Shown here: in pieces, positions 51,930-64,000 of the stretch | Position numbering within the stretch: position 1 is the first letter of the stretch | How the letters are laid out: each line of letters begins with the position of its first letter | Source of the DNA: Octopus vulgaris | Taxonomy: Eukaryota | Assembly (NCBI GenBank): GCA_951406725.2 | Contig: OX597839.1 | Location: 28,210,001 to 28,274,000, forward strand | DNA: 64,000 nt | Reading direction: 5' to 3' | Notes under the pieces: model-generated | What the model was told of the DNA's origin: nothing | Databases searched by the model: none | What the model saw: the letters and a program-made list of their open reading frames with translations, nothing else | Position numbers and translations under genes: made by a program

Positions 51930-52420
51930 TTTTTTCAATTATATTTTTTAAGTTAGTAGTAGAACTAAAACTAATTTTTAAGTTATGCCTATCATAATCT
52001 ATAATTATGATTGATTGGAAAATGCCTACCTATAAGGGATAAGAAATATCTACCTATATTAAAGGTAACTTCGGGGGAGAAAGGAGGTGTGAACCAGATA
52101 ATTTCCCTATTCCTGTTTTTCCTTTCCTTCCTTACTGGACTAATTACAGGTGTGTAGGTTATTTCCTCGCTAAAACCACTATCTTTTAAAGCTTTATTAT
52201 ATATTGGGGCAACACTATTAAAACTGTTTATATCGGAGGAGAGTCTAGAAATTCTCTTGCTAATGTTTTTAACTAAATTCTTAAATATCGGGCAATGGCA
52301 GGAACCGACATTAATATAGCTAAGTCTATCGTTGGGCTTTCTGTAGGGTTTGTAAATATTCTTATTTAAATCTAAAGACACATCTAGGAAATTGACAACT
52401 GTCAGGTTAAGGGTAACTTT
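51930..52420 (-). pseudogene. Penelope-like retroelement RT thumb/linker fragment
   Basis: VVNFLDVSLDL..YKPYRKPND..SCH..ISKRISRLSS..YNKALKDSGF..RNREIIWFTPPFS..NIGRYFLSLIGRHFP..RHNLKISFS, motifs typical of PLE RTs. Disrupted and lacking the GIY-YIG part. Confidence 0.85.
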
Positions 52421-52982
52421 CTGTTAAATTGGAGGATTACTCAATACATTTGGTAGAGTACAGATTTATTATTCTTTAACAAGAATAGCATTGACAGTGA
52501 GTTGGAAGTTTTGGCCAACTAAGTTATCATCAGATTGATGGCGCTGTAGGCCGAAACTTCGAAGTCACTGCCAATATTGTTCTTATTAAAGAATACATAC
52601 ACACACATATGTGTATATGTGTGTGTGTGTGTGTATATAAATATATATATATATATACATAAACGCAAATAAAGACACATACATTCACACAGACACATAC
52701 ATTCACACATACATATAAACACACACAGATGCATACATATATATATATATACATACATATATACATACATATTCACGCATGCATACATATATACATATAC
52801 ATACATACTCACGCATGCATACATACATACGTACATACATACACACACACACACACATACATACATACATACATACGTACATACACACATTTCTACATAC
52901 ACATATATTACACACGCATGCATATATAAACCAATCTTGAAGCTGAATTATGTTCAATAAAATCTTCATTTCATTTTTTTTT

Positions 52983-53015
<33 letters not shown>

Positions 53016-53748
53016 AATGGATGTTTAATGGAATGTAGAGGGGGAAATAATGGTTAGTGCCACCGAAATAATTATCTTAAAGACCACCACCACCACCACT
53101 AACATAGCAGCAGCAACAACAACAACAACAACGCCACTGATAGCAATAAAACCACATTCACCCTCACCACCATTACCATTATCTGAGAAGCAACACCTAC
53201 CGACACCACCACCACCACCACCACCATCGCAAACACCACCACCACCACCACCACCACCACCACCACCACCACCACCACCAACAGCACCACCACCACCATC
53301 GCAAACAGCACCACCGCCACCACCACCACCACCATCGCAAACGGCACCACCGCCACCACCACCATCATCAAAATCATCATCGCAATTACCATCAGCAACA
53401 CCAGCGCCACCTCTGCAGAAGCAACAGCAATAATAGTGCCCACTATTAGCAATCTAACCACCACCATCTCCTCCGTCGCCAGCATCACAAAAGCAACAAC
53501 AGCAAGAACAACAAGCGCTACTATAAGCTGTATAAGCACACAACCATCACAACCATCATCATCATCATCATCATAATGGCAACAACAACAACAACAACAA
53601 TACCGTTATTAACAGCAGCACACCCACCACCATCAACACCGCTACAAAACGTTACAGATACGAGCCTCCTATGTGGTCCATTCGACCTGCTAGAAATACT
53701 AACCGTACCTCCTTGCAATCAAACACTGCCTTCTTATGAGCAACATTG

Positions 53749-53795
<47 letters not shown>

Positions 53796-53844
53796 ATTTG
53801 ATTTTTTCGAGTTTCAGCTAATGAGCTGTGGCCATGCTGGGGCA

Positions 53845-53939
<95 letters not shown>

Positions 53940-53948
53940 TAGATAGGT

Positions 53949-54076
<128 letters not shown>

Positions 54077-54724
54077 GTAGATAGACATAGACAGAGATAA
54101 ATAGGATATTTGGGGGAAAAAAAACGGGATGTCCATGGTTGGAACACCTTTGATCATAGATCTGCTCAATGTGAGCTGACCCGAGGTTAAACAAGAAAAC
54201 GACCACCAAATCACATCGTACTGTTTCACATTACTGGTAGAAAATGTCGGCCTATGTAGACAGACAGGGTGGTCACGGTTGGAATGACGACCGAAAGGTT
54301 AGCAGCAACAACAGAAGAGCAACTGAGATCATCAATACTACAACAGTAACATCACCAAAAAACACCGCACCACCGCCGCCGCCACAAGGTAACGACATTG
54401 ACTACTACTACTACTACTACTCCCGTCACCAGCGCCTCCTACTCCCATGCTTTCAGTGCTGATACTGCTACCTTCAATGTCACCACAACCAAACTATTTC
54501 TTGTGTTAACAACACCGTCACGATTTCCAGCGCCGCCGTTTTGGCACAAGACCAGTCATTTTAGAGGCGGCGGCGAGGGGGGAAGGTTTAATTCGATTAC
54601 ACCGACCCCACCGTCACCACCAATATTCAACTGGTGTTTTATTTTATCGATCCCGAAAGGATAAAAAGGCGAAGTCGACCTAAACGGAATTTTGAAATCA
54701 GAATGAAATAAGAATATGAAAAAG

Positions 54725-55690
54725 AATCTTTTCTACTCTAGGTACAAGGCCCGAAATTTTGCGGGGAGGAAAACAGTCGATTATATCAACCCCAGTACGC
54801 AACTGGTACATAATCTATCGACCCCGAAAGGACGAAAGGCAAAGTCGACCTCAGCGGTATTTGAACTCAGAACGTAAAGATGGACAAAATACCTATTTCT
54901 TTACTACCCACAAGGGGCTAAACACAGAAGGGACAAACAAGGACAGACAAACGGATTAAGTCGATTATATTGACCCCAGTGCGTAACTGGTACTTATCTA
55001 ATCGATCCTGAAAGGATGAAAGGCAAAGTCGACCTCGGCGGAATTTGAACTCAGAACGCAGCGGCAGACGAAATACCTACCTATTTCTTTACTACCCACA
55101 AGGGGCTAAACACAGAAGGGACAAACAAGGACAGACAAACGGATTAAGTCGATTATATTGACCCCAGTGCGTAACTGGTACTTATCTAATCGATCCTGAA
55201 AGGATGAAAGGCAAAGTCGACCTCGGCGGAATTTGAACTCAGAACGCAGCGGCAGACGAAATACCTACCTATTTCTTTACTACCCACAAGGGGCTAAACA
55301 CAGAAGGGACAAACAAGGACAGACAAACGGATTAAGTCGATTATATTGACCCCAGTGCGTAACTGGTACTTATCTAATCGATCCTGAAAGGATGAAAGGC
55401 AAAGTCGACCTCGGCGGAATTTGAACTCAGAACGCAGCGGCAGACGAAATACCTACCTATTTCTTTACTACCCACAAGGGGCTAAACACAGAGAGGACAA
55501 ACAAGGACAGACAAATGGATTAAGTCGATTATATCGACCCAGTGCGTAACTGGTACTTAATTTATCGACCCCGAAAGGATGAAAGGCAAAGTCGACCTCG
55601 GCGGAATTTGAACTCACAACGTAGCGGCAAACGAAATACCGCTAAGCATTTCGCCCGGCGTGCTAACGTTTCTACCATTTCGCCGCCTTT
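54725..55690 (-). mobile_element. SINE A array: head unit, three near-identical 188-bp units, then an older tail-Z unit
   Basis: acctatttct at 54891, 55079, 55267 and 55455. Three junctions share an extra ACCT. Confidence 0.9.
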
Positions 55691-57211
55691 GATGATGATG
55701 ATGATGATGAGGATGATTTCAAATTTTGCCACAAGGGCAGCCATTTTGGGGGAGGAGACCTGTCGATGTAATCGACTCCTCGGTGTTTCACTGGTACTTT
55801 ATTTATCGACCCCCGAAAGGATGAAAGGCAAAGTAATGATAACTCTTATATACAAAAGCCACAAGGCCTGAAATTTTTTTGGTGGTGGTGGTGGTGGTGG
55901 TGGGGGGGGGGAAACAATCGATTATATCGATCACAATGTTCAACTGAGATCAATGAAATAATATCCTTTCGGGATCGATGAAATAATATCGATCCCGAAA
56001 GGATGAAAGGCAAAGTCGAACTCGATGGTATTTGAACTCAGAACGTAACTCCGAACGAAATGCCGCTAAGCATTTCATCCGGCATGCTGACGATTCTAGC
56101 ATCTCGCCGCCTTAATAATAATCCTTTCAAATTTGTTTTGGCACAAGGTCAACAATTTCGGGGGGAGGGGGGTAAGTCGATTACATCGAACCCCCAGTTT
56201 TCTACTGGTACTTATTTTATCGACCCTGAACAATACCACAATGACTACTATCACCAACACAGTTAATACCACTCGAACGACGACCACCAATACTTTTACT
56301 AATATCGGCATCACAACCACTGCCATCACAAAACAAAACCGATACCACCACGACTATCGCCAAGGCAACCACCACCGCCATCACAACCACTACCACTGGT
56401 AATATCAACATCACAACCACCACCACTATCACCAAGACAACTACCACCATCATCACCAACATAACCATCGCCTCTCAACTACTACCACCGTCACCAACAC
56501 AACCACTACCATCGTCACCAAGACAACCACAGCCTCACAACCACCACCACCATCACAACCACCGCCTCACAACACCCACCACCATTATCATGACAACCAC
56601 AGCCTCACAACCACCATCACCATCACAACCACCGCCTCACAACACCCACCACCGTCACCAAGACAACCATCGTCTCACAATGACCACCATCACCATTACC
56701 ATCAAGACTACCACCGCCGCCATCACATCCACCACAAACACCACCAATACCGACCAGCCTAGCACCACCACCATTCAAAACACTGATACCACTACAATCA
56801 CCACCACCACCACCGACAACAACAACACTAAGACCACCACAACTACCACGATTACCATATATGGTAGTGGCACTAATGTCATTAACATGTTTACTACCAA
56901 TGGACACACGAACCCCTTCGTGGATACTCGATCTTCCAGAAACAGCAGTCGAATCGCACGCATTTCCTCCACACAGTCTGAGAAAAAAGAAAGGACATGT
57001 TTGGATTATGGGGTTCTGGCTTCCAAACATACAGGGACCCAAAACAAAACAACAACAACAAAAATTCGAGGTGGTCACGGATGGCTTTTCTTTGGTCCAT
57101 AGGTTTGCTCGATCATTGGTTTAGCTAGAGTTAAACAACTTTGTAACGTTGCCATCATGCAACACCAGCAGCAGTAGTAGTGGCTGCGGTGGTAGTAGTA
57201 ATAATGATGCG

Positions 57212-57259
<48 letters not shown>

Positions 57260-57260
57260 A

Positions 57261-57291
<31 letters not shown>

Positions 57292-57381
57292 GGTGGTGGT
57301 AGTAGTAGTGGTGGTAGAAGTAGTGACGGTGGTAGTAGTGATGGTGGTGGTAATAGTAGTAGTAATAATGGTGATGTGGCG

Positions 57382-57417
<36 letters not shown>

Positions 57418-57974
57418 ATGGTAGTAGTATACTGACAACTCCAGAGTAATATCACCTTGTCTGTTCCCCGCCCCAACCCGCACCACCACCACCACCACAC
57501 CACTACTACTACTACTAACACTATCTGCACCACTCCAAATACTACCACCAATACCCCTATTACTACAACCACTACCTATACTACTACCAGCAACACCACC
57601 GCTGTTACGAACACCAGCTCCATAACCATTATTACTACCACCTCTATGACCAGCATCCGAACGCCACCTGTCGTTAGGACTGCTATTGCTCCTACCATGG
57701 CCACCACCGCCAATACCAACAATAATATTCTCTCTAACAACAACACAACCACTGCTGACATTAGCCACTACAACTGCAACACTAGTCACCAACACCACAC
57801 ACACTACAACCACTTCAAACTACCACCATTACCCACCTCCATCACCACCGCAGATACTAACACCCTTACTACAATCACCACTTCCGACACAAAAGTAACA
57901 GGTTCGATATTAAGCAACGCTCAAGGTTGATTGCCCTTTCCGGTCGAACAGGCTGTCCACCTCTTCTCATCTAA

Positions 57975-57977
57975 ATA

Positions 57978-58013
<36 letters not shown>

Positions 58014-58530
58014 GTGGTGGTGATGATGGCGATGGTTCTGATGATGATGGCGATGGTGGTGGTTGTGATGATGATAGTGGTGGTGGTGGTGGTGATGATG
58101 GTGGCGGTGGTTGGATGATGATGATGGTGGTGGTGATGATGATGGTGATGGTGGCGATGATGGTGGTGATGGCGATGATGGTGATGATGCTGGGGATGAT
58201 GGTGGTGATGATGGTGGCGATGGTTCTGATGATGATGGCGATGGTGGTGGTTGTGATGACGATAGTGGTGGTGGTAGTGGTGGTGATGATGGTGGCGGTG
58301 GTTGGATGATGATGATGGTGGTGGTGATGGCGATGGTGGTGGTGGCGGTGATAGTGATGATGATGGCGGTGGTTGTGTTGATGGAGATGGCAAAGATAGT
58401 GACGGCAGTGATGATGGTGATGGCAATGGTGGTGATGATGTTAGTGATGATGACGATGATGATGATGACGGTAGTGGTGGTGATGGTGGTAGTGGTTGTG
58501 GTGGGTGGGTGGGTTATGATGATGGTGATG
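57975..58530. repeat. Compound (GAT/GGT)n trinucleotide region (similar tracts at 21240-21630, 30935-31460, 40880-41125, 42180-42380, 53080-53600, 56230-57850)
   Basis: Low-complexity triplet runs. Confidence 0.9.
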
Positions 58531-59035
58531 CTATAAAACGAACGTTTAAGAAGAATTCGTGACATCGAAGCCGGTAGATTGACAGAATCTTTTGATCTTC
58601 GGAGACAAAAGAGTTCACAGGATTTCTTCCGGATCATTTAGTTCTGCGTTCAAATCCCACCGAGGACATATTTTCCTTTCATTCTTTCGGGGTCTATAAA
58701 ATAAAGTACTAGGGCCCCAGCAATATCAATTAAGACCCTCCCCTCAAAATTATTGATCTTGTGCCTAAATTAGAAGCCATTATTATTAATATTATTATTT
58801 ATGACACCGAGCTGTAAGAATAAGTTAGTGCGCCGGATAAAATGCTTCGTGGCATTTCGTCCGTCTGTACGTTCTGAGTTCAAATTCTGCCGAAGTCGAA
58901 TTTGCCTTTCATCCTTTCGGGTCGATAAATTAAGTACCAGCTACGCACTGGGGATCGATGCCATCGACTCATCCCCTCCTCCAAATTCCAAGCTTTGCGC
59001 CTATACTAGAAAGGATTATTATTATTATTATTATA

Positions 59036-59257
59036 TTGTCTTTGCACAGTTTCTAATGCTGGAAATGTAGTACGGTGCCAGCCGTTCACTACCAGTGAAT
59101 TAAGGTAACACCTCTTATTTTTCGAGCACCGTCCGGAGTATTGGAGCGGTTCCAAGCAATGCCGTTTTCTGCAAGTGCTCCACGCTTATTGCCGTTTTCC
59201 GTATTTATTCCATGTACTTCTCAAGATTTTTACTCCCTGTCCCCAGGGGCTCCGACA
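59036..59257 (-). mobile_element. 3' end of an R4/Dong-like LINE inserted in (TAA)n
   Basis: Minus strand VGA/LGTGSKNLEKYME*..SVEHLQKTALLGTAPILRTVLEK*, short 3' UTR, then taataataa. Confidence 0.75.
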
Positions 59258-59719
59258 TTTATTAATACTACTACCACCTTTTTCAGCCACCACGACGCCA
59301 ACCTAGCGGAATCGTTAGCACGCCGGATAAAGTAGCCAGCGGCATTTCTTTCCGCCCAGTTTCAAATGCCGCCGAAATCATCTTTACCGAAGTCTATAAA
59401 ATAAGTCCCAGTTGATTCCTGGACCGAGCAGTGGGTTGTGTTCTTGAGCAAGACACTTCATTTCCCCCTTGCTCTGAGCAGTAAACGGGCAACACTCTGC
59501 ACCCGAGCCTATGTAATGCGATATGTTACATGCAATAGCTACAGCTGTATCCACTTGGAAACTGACTCTTCAGATGGTTTATTTCACATCTCGAAACTTC
59601 TATATTTTCGTGAATTTAACTCCATTGTCTCCAGATATCCAGTTAGCAAGCAACAAATATGTTTACACGCATGACTGAACTGGAAGCTTTCACGCACTGG
59701 AATTTATGCCAGTATTATA

Positions 59720-60100
59720 GGCGTGGCCGTGTGGTAAGGTGCTTGCTTCCCAACCACATGGTTCCAGGTTCAGTCCCACAGTGTGGCACCTTGGGCAAGT
59801 GTCTTCTACCATAGCCTCGGGCCGACAAAAGCCTTGTGAGTGGATACGGTGGACGGAAACTGAAAGAAGCCTGTCGTACATATGTGTGTGAGTGTGTGTT
59901 CCGCACCATCGCTTGACAACCGATGTTGGTGTGTTTACGCCCCCGTAACTTAGCGATTCGGCAAAAGAGTCTGATCGAATAAGTACCAGGCTTACAAAGA
60001 ATAAGTCTTGGGGTTGATTTCTTCCACTAAAATATACTTTTAAGGCGGTGCTCCAGCATGGCTACAGTCAAATGACCGAAACAAGTAAAAGAATAAAAGA
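59720..60100 (+). mobile_element. SINE B
   Basis: ggcgtggccgtgtggtaag...gaaacaagtaaaagaataaaagaat. Confidence 0.85.
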
Positions 60101-60224
60101 ATGCCAATAGAAAGAATAAGATGTTACACACAAGAAAATTTTGTCCAAAAATGACATTCACATCGAAAATGTTATAAGAATAACATTAATGGGTAATAAT
60201 AACTATATTGATCGGATTATCGGA

Positions 60225-60515
60225 TGTTGTTATCCATCGTTGGTCGCAATGAGCTTCGGATCGTTTTAGCTTCCGAATGACGCTACCCCGCTGGCTGGGG
60301 GGAGGGGGTGGAGACAGGCCAACAATCCTCCCCTCCCCGCTGATCTGAAGGATAGTCCGTTGCAAGGTTACGAGTTTACAGCTGAGTGAACTGTAAAAAT
60401 GTGAAATGAAGTGTTTTGCTCAAGCACATAACGCGCCGCTCGATCTGAGAATCGAACCCACGATCTCGCGATCGTGATTGCAACACATACCTAATCACTA
60501 GGCCGAGCGCCTTCG
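60225..60515 (-). mobile_element. tRNA-derived SINE, head type 2 + tail X
   Basis: Same architecture as 1061-1347. Confidence 0.75.
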
Positions 60516-60900
60516 CTATTGTGTAAGAATAATAATTCTGTGTTTGTGCGTAAATGAACCTCCGTTCGTGTAGACACTATTCCAGCTGTTCACTTAACGC
60601 AGCGGCTTATTGATTGAATTAGGCGTCTCAAAGATGGCGCAGTCGACAGACACGTGCACTCTTAATGTAATTCCTCAAGTAGAATCAGCGTGACACGATA
60701 TCTATACAACCTTGTATACCACCACTAGCAATCATCATCATCAATGGCTTGGCTTGGCTTCACTCCAGGAACGAACATTCATAAAAGGTTCTGTCCACAT
60801 CGACTGCACACTCACTGGTGTCTAACCAGAGTAATAATGGACAGGCAGCCTAAACCCAGTCGAAGTGATTACAAGTGAGACGTGTGTGTGTGTATATGTA

Positions 60901-60945
<45 letters not shown>

Positions 60946-61181
60946 TTTCGGTGCGAATGTTTTTTTTTTGATACGGCGCCGTGATTTACAATCCTGTAAA
61001 TAATAATAATGGTATTTTTATCTAAGCTTAAAGCCTAAGGCGATCACCGTGCAATGACTAAGGAAAATAGTCTAATAAAGGGGCATATAAGCCCCCGACA
61101 GAAAAAAGAAGGCTTTTCTATCCGCATGCGAGTCAAAACCACATCCCTTTGTTAACGCGAACCCACATCCCTTTGTGTGTG

Positions 61182-61287
<106 letters not shown>

Positions 61288-61597
61288 CAATATATTCAAT
61301 GCTATATATTATTGATATATGAATGTAATGTCTCGATAATGCTCAATATGCTGAAACGGAGTTTTACAGTTATACATCTGAATATACTGGATACAGCATA
61401 ATCTCTACGTACAGCTATTGATGCCGCTACTACACACACGTACACAGATAGATACATATAGATACATACGTTGATATTATACACATATGTATGAGGTGAA
61501 GTCAAACAGTTTTCTTATTTTGTTAAGTTTATTTCTATAGACATTCTATAGAAATTATAGCCAGCACTGATTTCTGCTACAACGTTTCGTATCCAGA

Positions 61598-62782
61598 CGT
61601 CAAAAATTATCCGCACTTTAGCCAAAACCTTCATTAGGTTGACTGCACTGACTTTGGTGCTTGCGTGTTAAAAAGTTATGCTTTGTGGTTACATCATCGA
61701 GATTTGATCTTCATCGCTCCAATTTTCTTTCTTGTGTTACTGACTAAACATGGCCGCTTCGCTGACAGAGAAAGAAGAGAGATCAGTGATCCGATTTCTC
61801 TGTTTTGACGGTGTGTCAGAGATTGAAATTCATCGAAGGCTTTCAGTTACAAGACCGGGACACCAATCTATCGCGTTGAAGTGTGTACGAGTGAACTGAG
61901 CCGTTTTAAAACGGTTGAACAAGCGAGAAACACGAAATGAGAGCTGGGTATTCCTCAACATCGTCCGCTGACGTGAAGACCCCATAAGCGAACCGACGAG
62001 CGACTATCGATGAGGTGGCCAGTTCTCTGCAAATTAGCCATGGTTCTGCATACGAAATAATCCACGACAAGCTTCGATTCTGTAAAATCTGTGCAAGATG
62101 GGTGCCAAGAGAGCTTACTGAAGCGCATAAGAGAATATATTGTGTTGAGATGTCAACGCTTATTCGACCACTGGGAAGCACTCCGTCGGTTACGACGATG
62201 AGGGTTCCGGTTGATCCGAATCAACGGAACAGCCTGCTCGTGAAATTAACGTGTAAGTGGCTGAGCACTCCACAGACACGTGTACCCTTAACGTAGTTCT
62301 CGGGGATATTCAGCGTGACACAGAAAGTGACAAGGCCGGCCCTTTGAAATACAGGTACAACAGAAACAGGAAGTAAGAGTGAGAGAAAGTTGTGGTGAAA
62401 GAGTACAGCAGGGATCACCATCATCCCTGCCGGAGCCTCGTGGAGCTTTAGGTGTTTTCGCTCAATAAACATTCACAACGCCCGGTCTGGGAATCGAAAC
62501 CGCGATCCTATGACCGCGAATCCGCTGCCCTAACCACTGGGCCATTGCACCTCCATTCGACCACTACAACGATGAAGGCGAAGGTTTGTTCTCATTTTGG
62601 AGAGAAGAGTCTCAGGAGATGAGACTTGGGTCCATCACTTCGAGCCAGAATCCAAAAGGCAGAGTATGGAGTAGAATCGCTCAGAACGGCCAACTAGAAA
62701 GATATTCAAGACTCAACCTTGCGCAGAACCAGTCATGCTAACTGGTTTTGGGGACACAAAACGGCCCATGCTGGAACATTAA
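61598..62782 (+). mobile_element. Decayed mariner transposon (irritans/Hsmar2-like), 3'-truncated and interrupted by a SINE
   Basis: TIR remnant gtcaaaaattatccgcact. Motifs ICARWVPRELTEAHK and, after the SINE, SGDETWVHHFEPESKRQSME. Confidence 0.85.
62173..62554 (-). mobile_element. Full-length tRNA-derived SINE, head type 1 + tail Y', 11-bp TSD
   Basis: TSD attcgaccact at 62162-62172 and 62555-62565. Head ggaggtgcaatggcccagtggttaggg. Confidence 0.92.
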
Positions 62783-62952
62783 TTATGATTTTGTTATCTA
62801 ATATATTCCCCTCCTCTCAGATTCACATACTTATTGCAGCGGTCCTTCAGTTTTTCTATGCCCAGTAAAAAAAAAAACCTTGGAAGGCTGAACCTCCAGC
62901 CAGGCCCATCGCGATACCCTTAAAGCCAGGAAACTTTCCAGTGCTCCTTCGT
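62783..62952 (-). mobile_element. Mariner-derived MITE fragment
   Basis: Minus strand starts acgaaggagcactggaaagtttcctgg (TIR-like) and contains KLKDRCNKYVNLRG, like a mariner C-terminus. Confidence 0.6.
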
Positions 62953-63473
62953 GTGTGTGTGTGTGTGTGTGTCTGTGTGTGTGTCTTTGTGTGTGTGTCT
63001 GTGTGTCTGTGTGTGTGTGTGTGTACGTGTGTGTGTGTGTGTGTGTATACGTGCGTGTGTGTGTGTACTGTATGCATCTATAATTCCGCATTTTTTTTCT
63101 CAATATCATTTTCTCTTAATTGATTCTCACTGCTCTACTCAGAACAACTACTATTCTCTCTCTCTCTCTCTCTCTCTTCTTCTTCTTCTCTCTCTTCTTC
63201 CCCCCCCTCTCTCGTTTGACTCTTCCCTCTCTCTGAATTCTTTCTCATTGAACTCTATTACTTGTAAAAACCTTCCTTCGTTTACATATTCCAACACACA
63301 CAGACACATACACACACCGCTTTAAACACGAGCGCATCTCCAAAATTAGCCACCCTACTTTCGCGCTCTCTCTTTCTCAAATTGACTGGCGGAAGCTGAA
63401 TGTACAATACCACATTGTTAGAATTCTTCACATGCCAAGAACCTTCCTGCCATTATACAACGGACAACTGTAG

Positions 63474-63540
<67 letters not shown>

Positions 63541-64000
63541 GCACACAAATTCCTTGATACACTGACATATATATCTCACATTTAACCTTATAGATACACA
63601 CACATACAAACACACATATACATATATATAGAGACACACACATAAACATACAATGCTCATATTTATAAATGTGTGTGAGCGTACATCACCGTTTCTACAT
63701 ACCGACACATAAACACATATATAGGTATCTCCATGTACCACAAAAATCAGCTCAGGGGAAACAGCTCAAACACGTCAGCAGCATGAAGAACAATAGACAA
63801 ATACAGGTGCATCAAATACCATACAACACAAAATCTTGATTTGTTAAAATTATCTCGGCCTCTAAAGGATGCAGCATAATTGCCAAATTGCAATTGAGAA
63901 ATTGCCATTTCGAATGAAACAGTACTGACGGTTAACCAATGCTTAGAACTATGTCAATCTGTGTATATCCAAATTCCAATTCACTATTAAACATAATTTG

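Noticed and set aside
62470-62554. tRNA-like sequences at SINE heads (also 19481, 24492, 1280-1347, 60440-60515)
   Set aside because: A and B boxes are present, but there is no closed acceptor stem and they continue into SINE bodies, so they are not tRNA genes.

Overview
AT-rich eukaryotic genomic DNA saturated with microsatellites and transposon remains. The tRNA-derived SINE families look like those of octopus (coleoid cephalopod); this is recognition from memory, not a database match. Almost every ORF in the track is a microsatellite translation. Supportable content: (i) two isolated ATG-initiated, phase-1 coding exons on the + strand (12862-12919 and 50438-50543) that look like alternative first exons of one large gene, possibly a spectraplakin (shot/MACF1/dystonin), so most of the window is probably intron; (ii) one intact tRNA-Leu(CAG); (iii) at least four tRNA-derived SINE types, including 184/188-bp head-less tandem arrays and a 2x2 set of shuffled heads and tails; (iv) decayed DNA transposons: pogo/Passer-like DD35D, mariner, Tc1/maT-like, hAT and a Helitron; (v) R4/Dong-like LINE 3' ends; (vi) a Penelope-like RT fragment plus about 15 type-I hammerhead ribozyme motifs in several Penelope-type repeat families, nearly all antisense to the inferred host gene. 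The most unusual signals are the hammerhead-bearing mini-repeats with their strand bias, the SINE that multimerises at a palindromic GAAATA-GG-TATTTC junction and inserts into its own older copies, and a 142-bp G-U-rich foldback between inverted SINEs.
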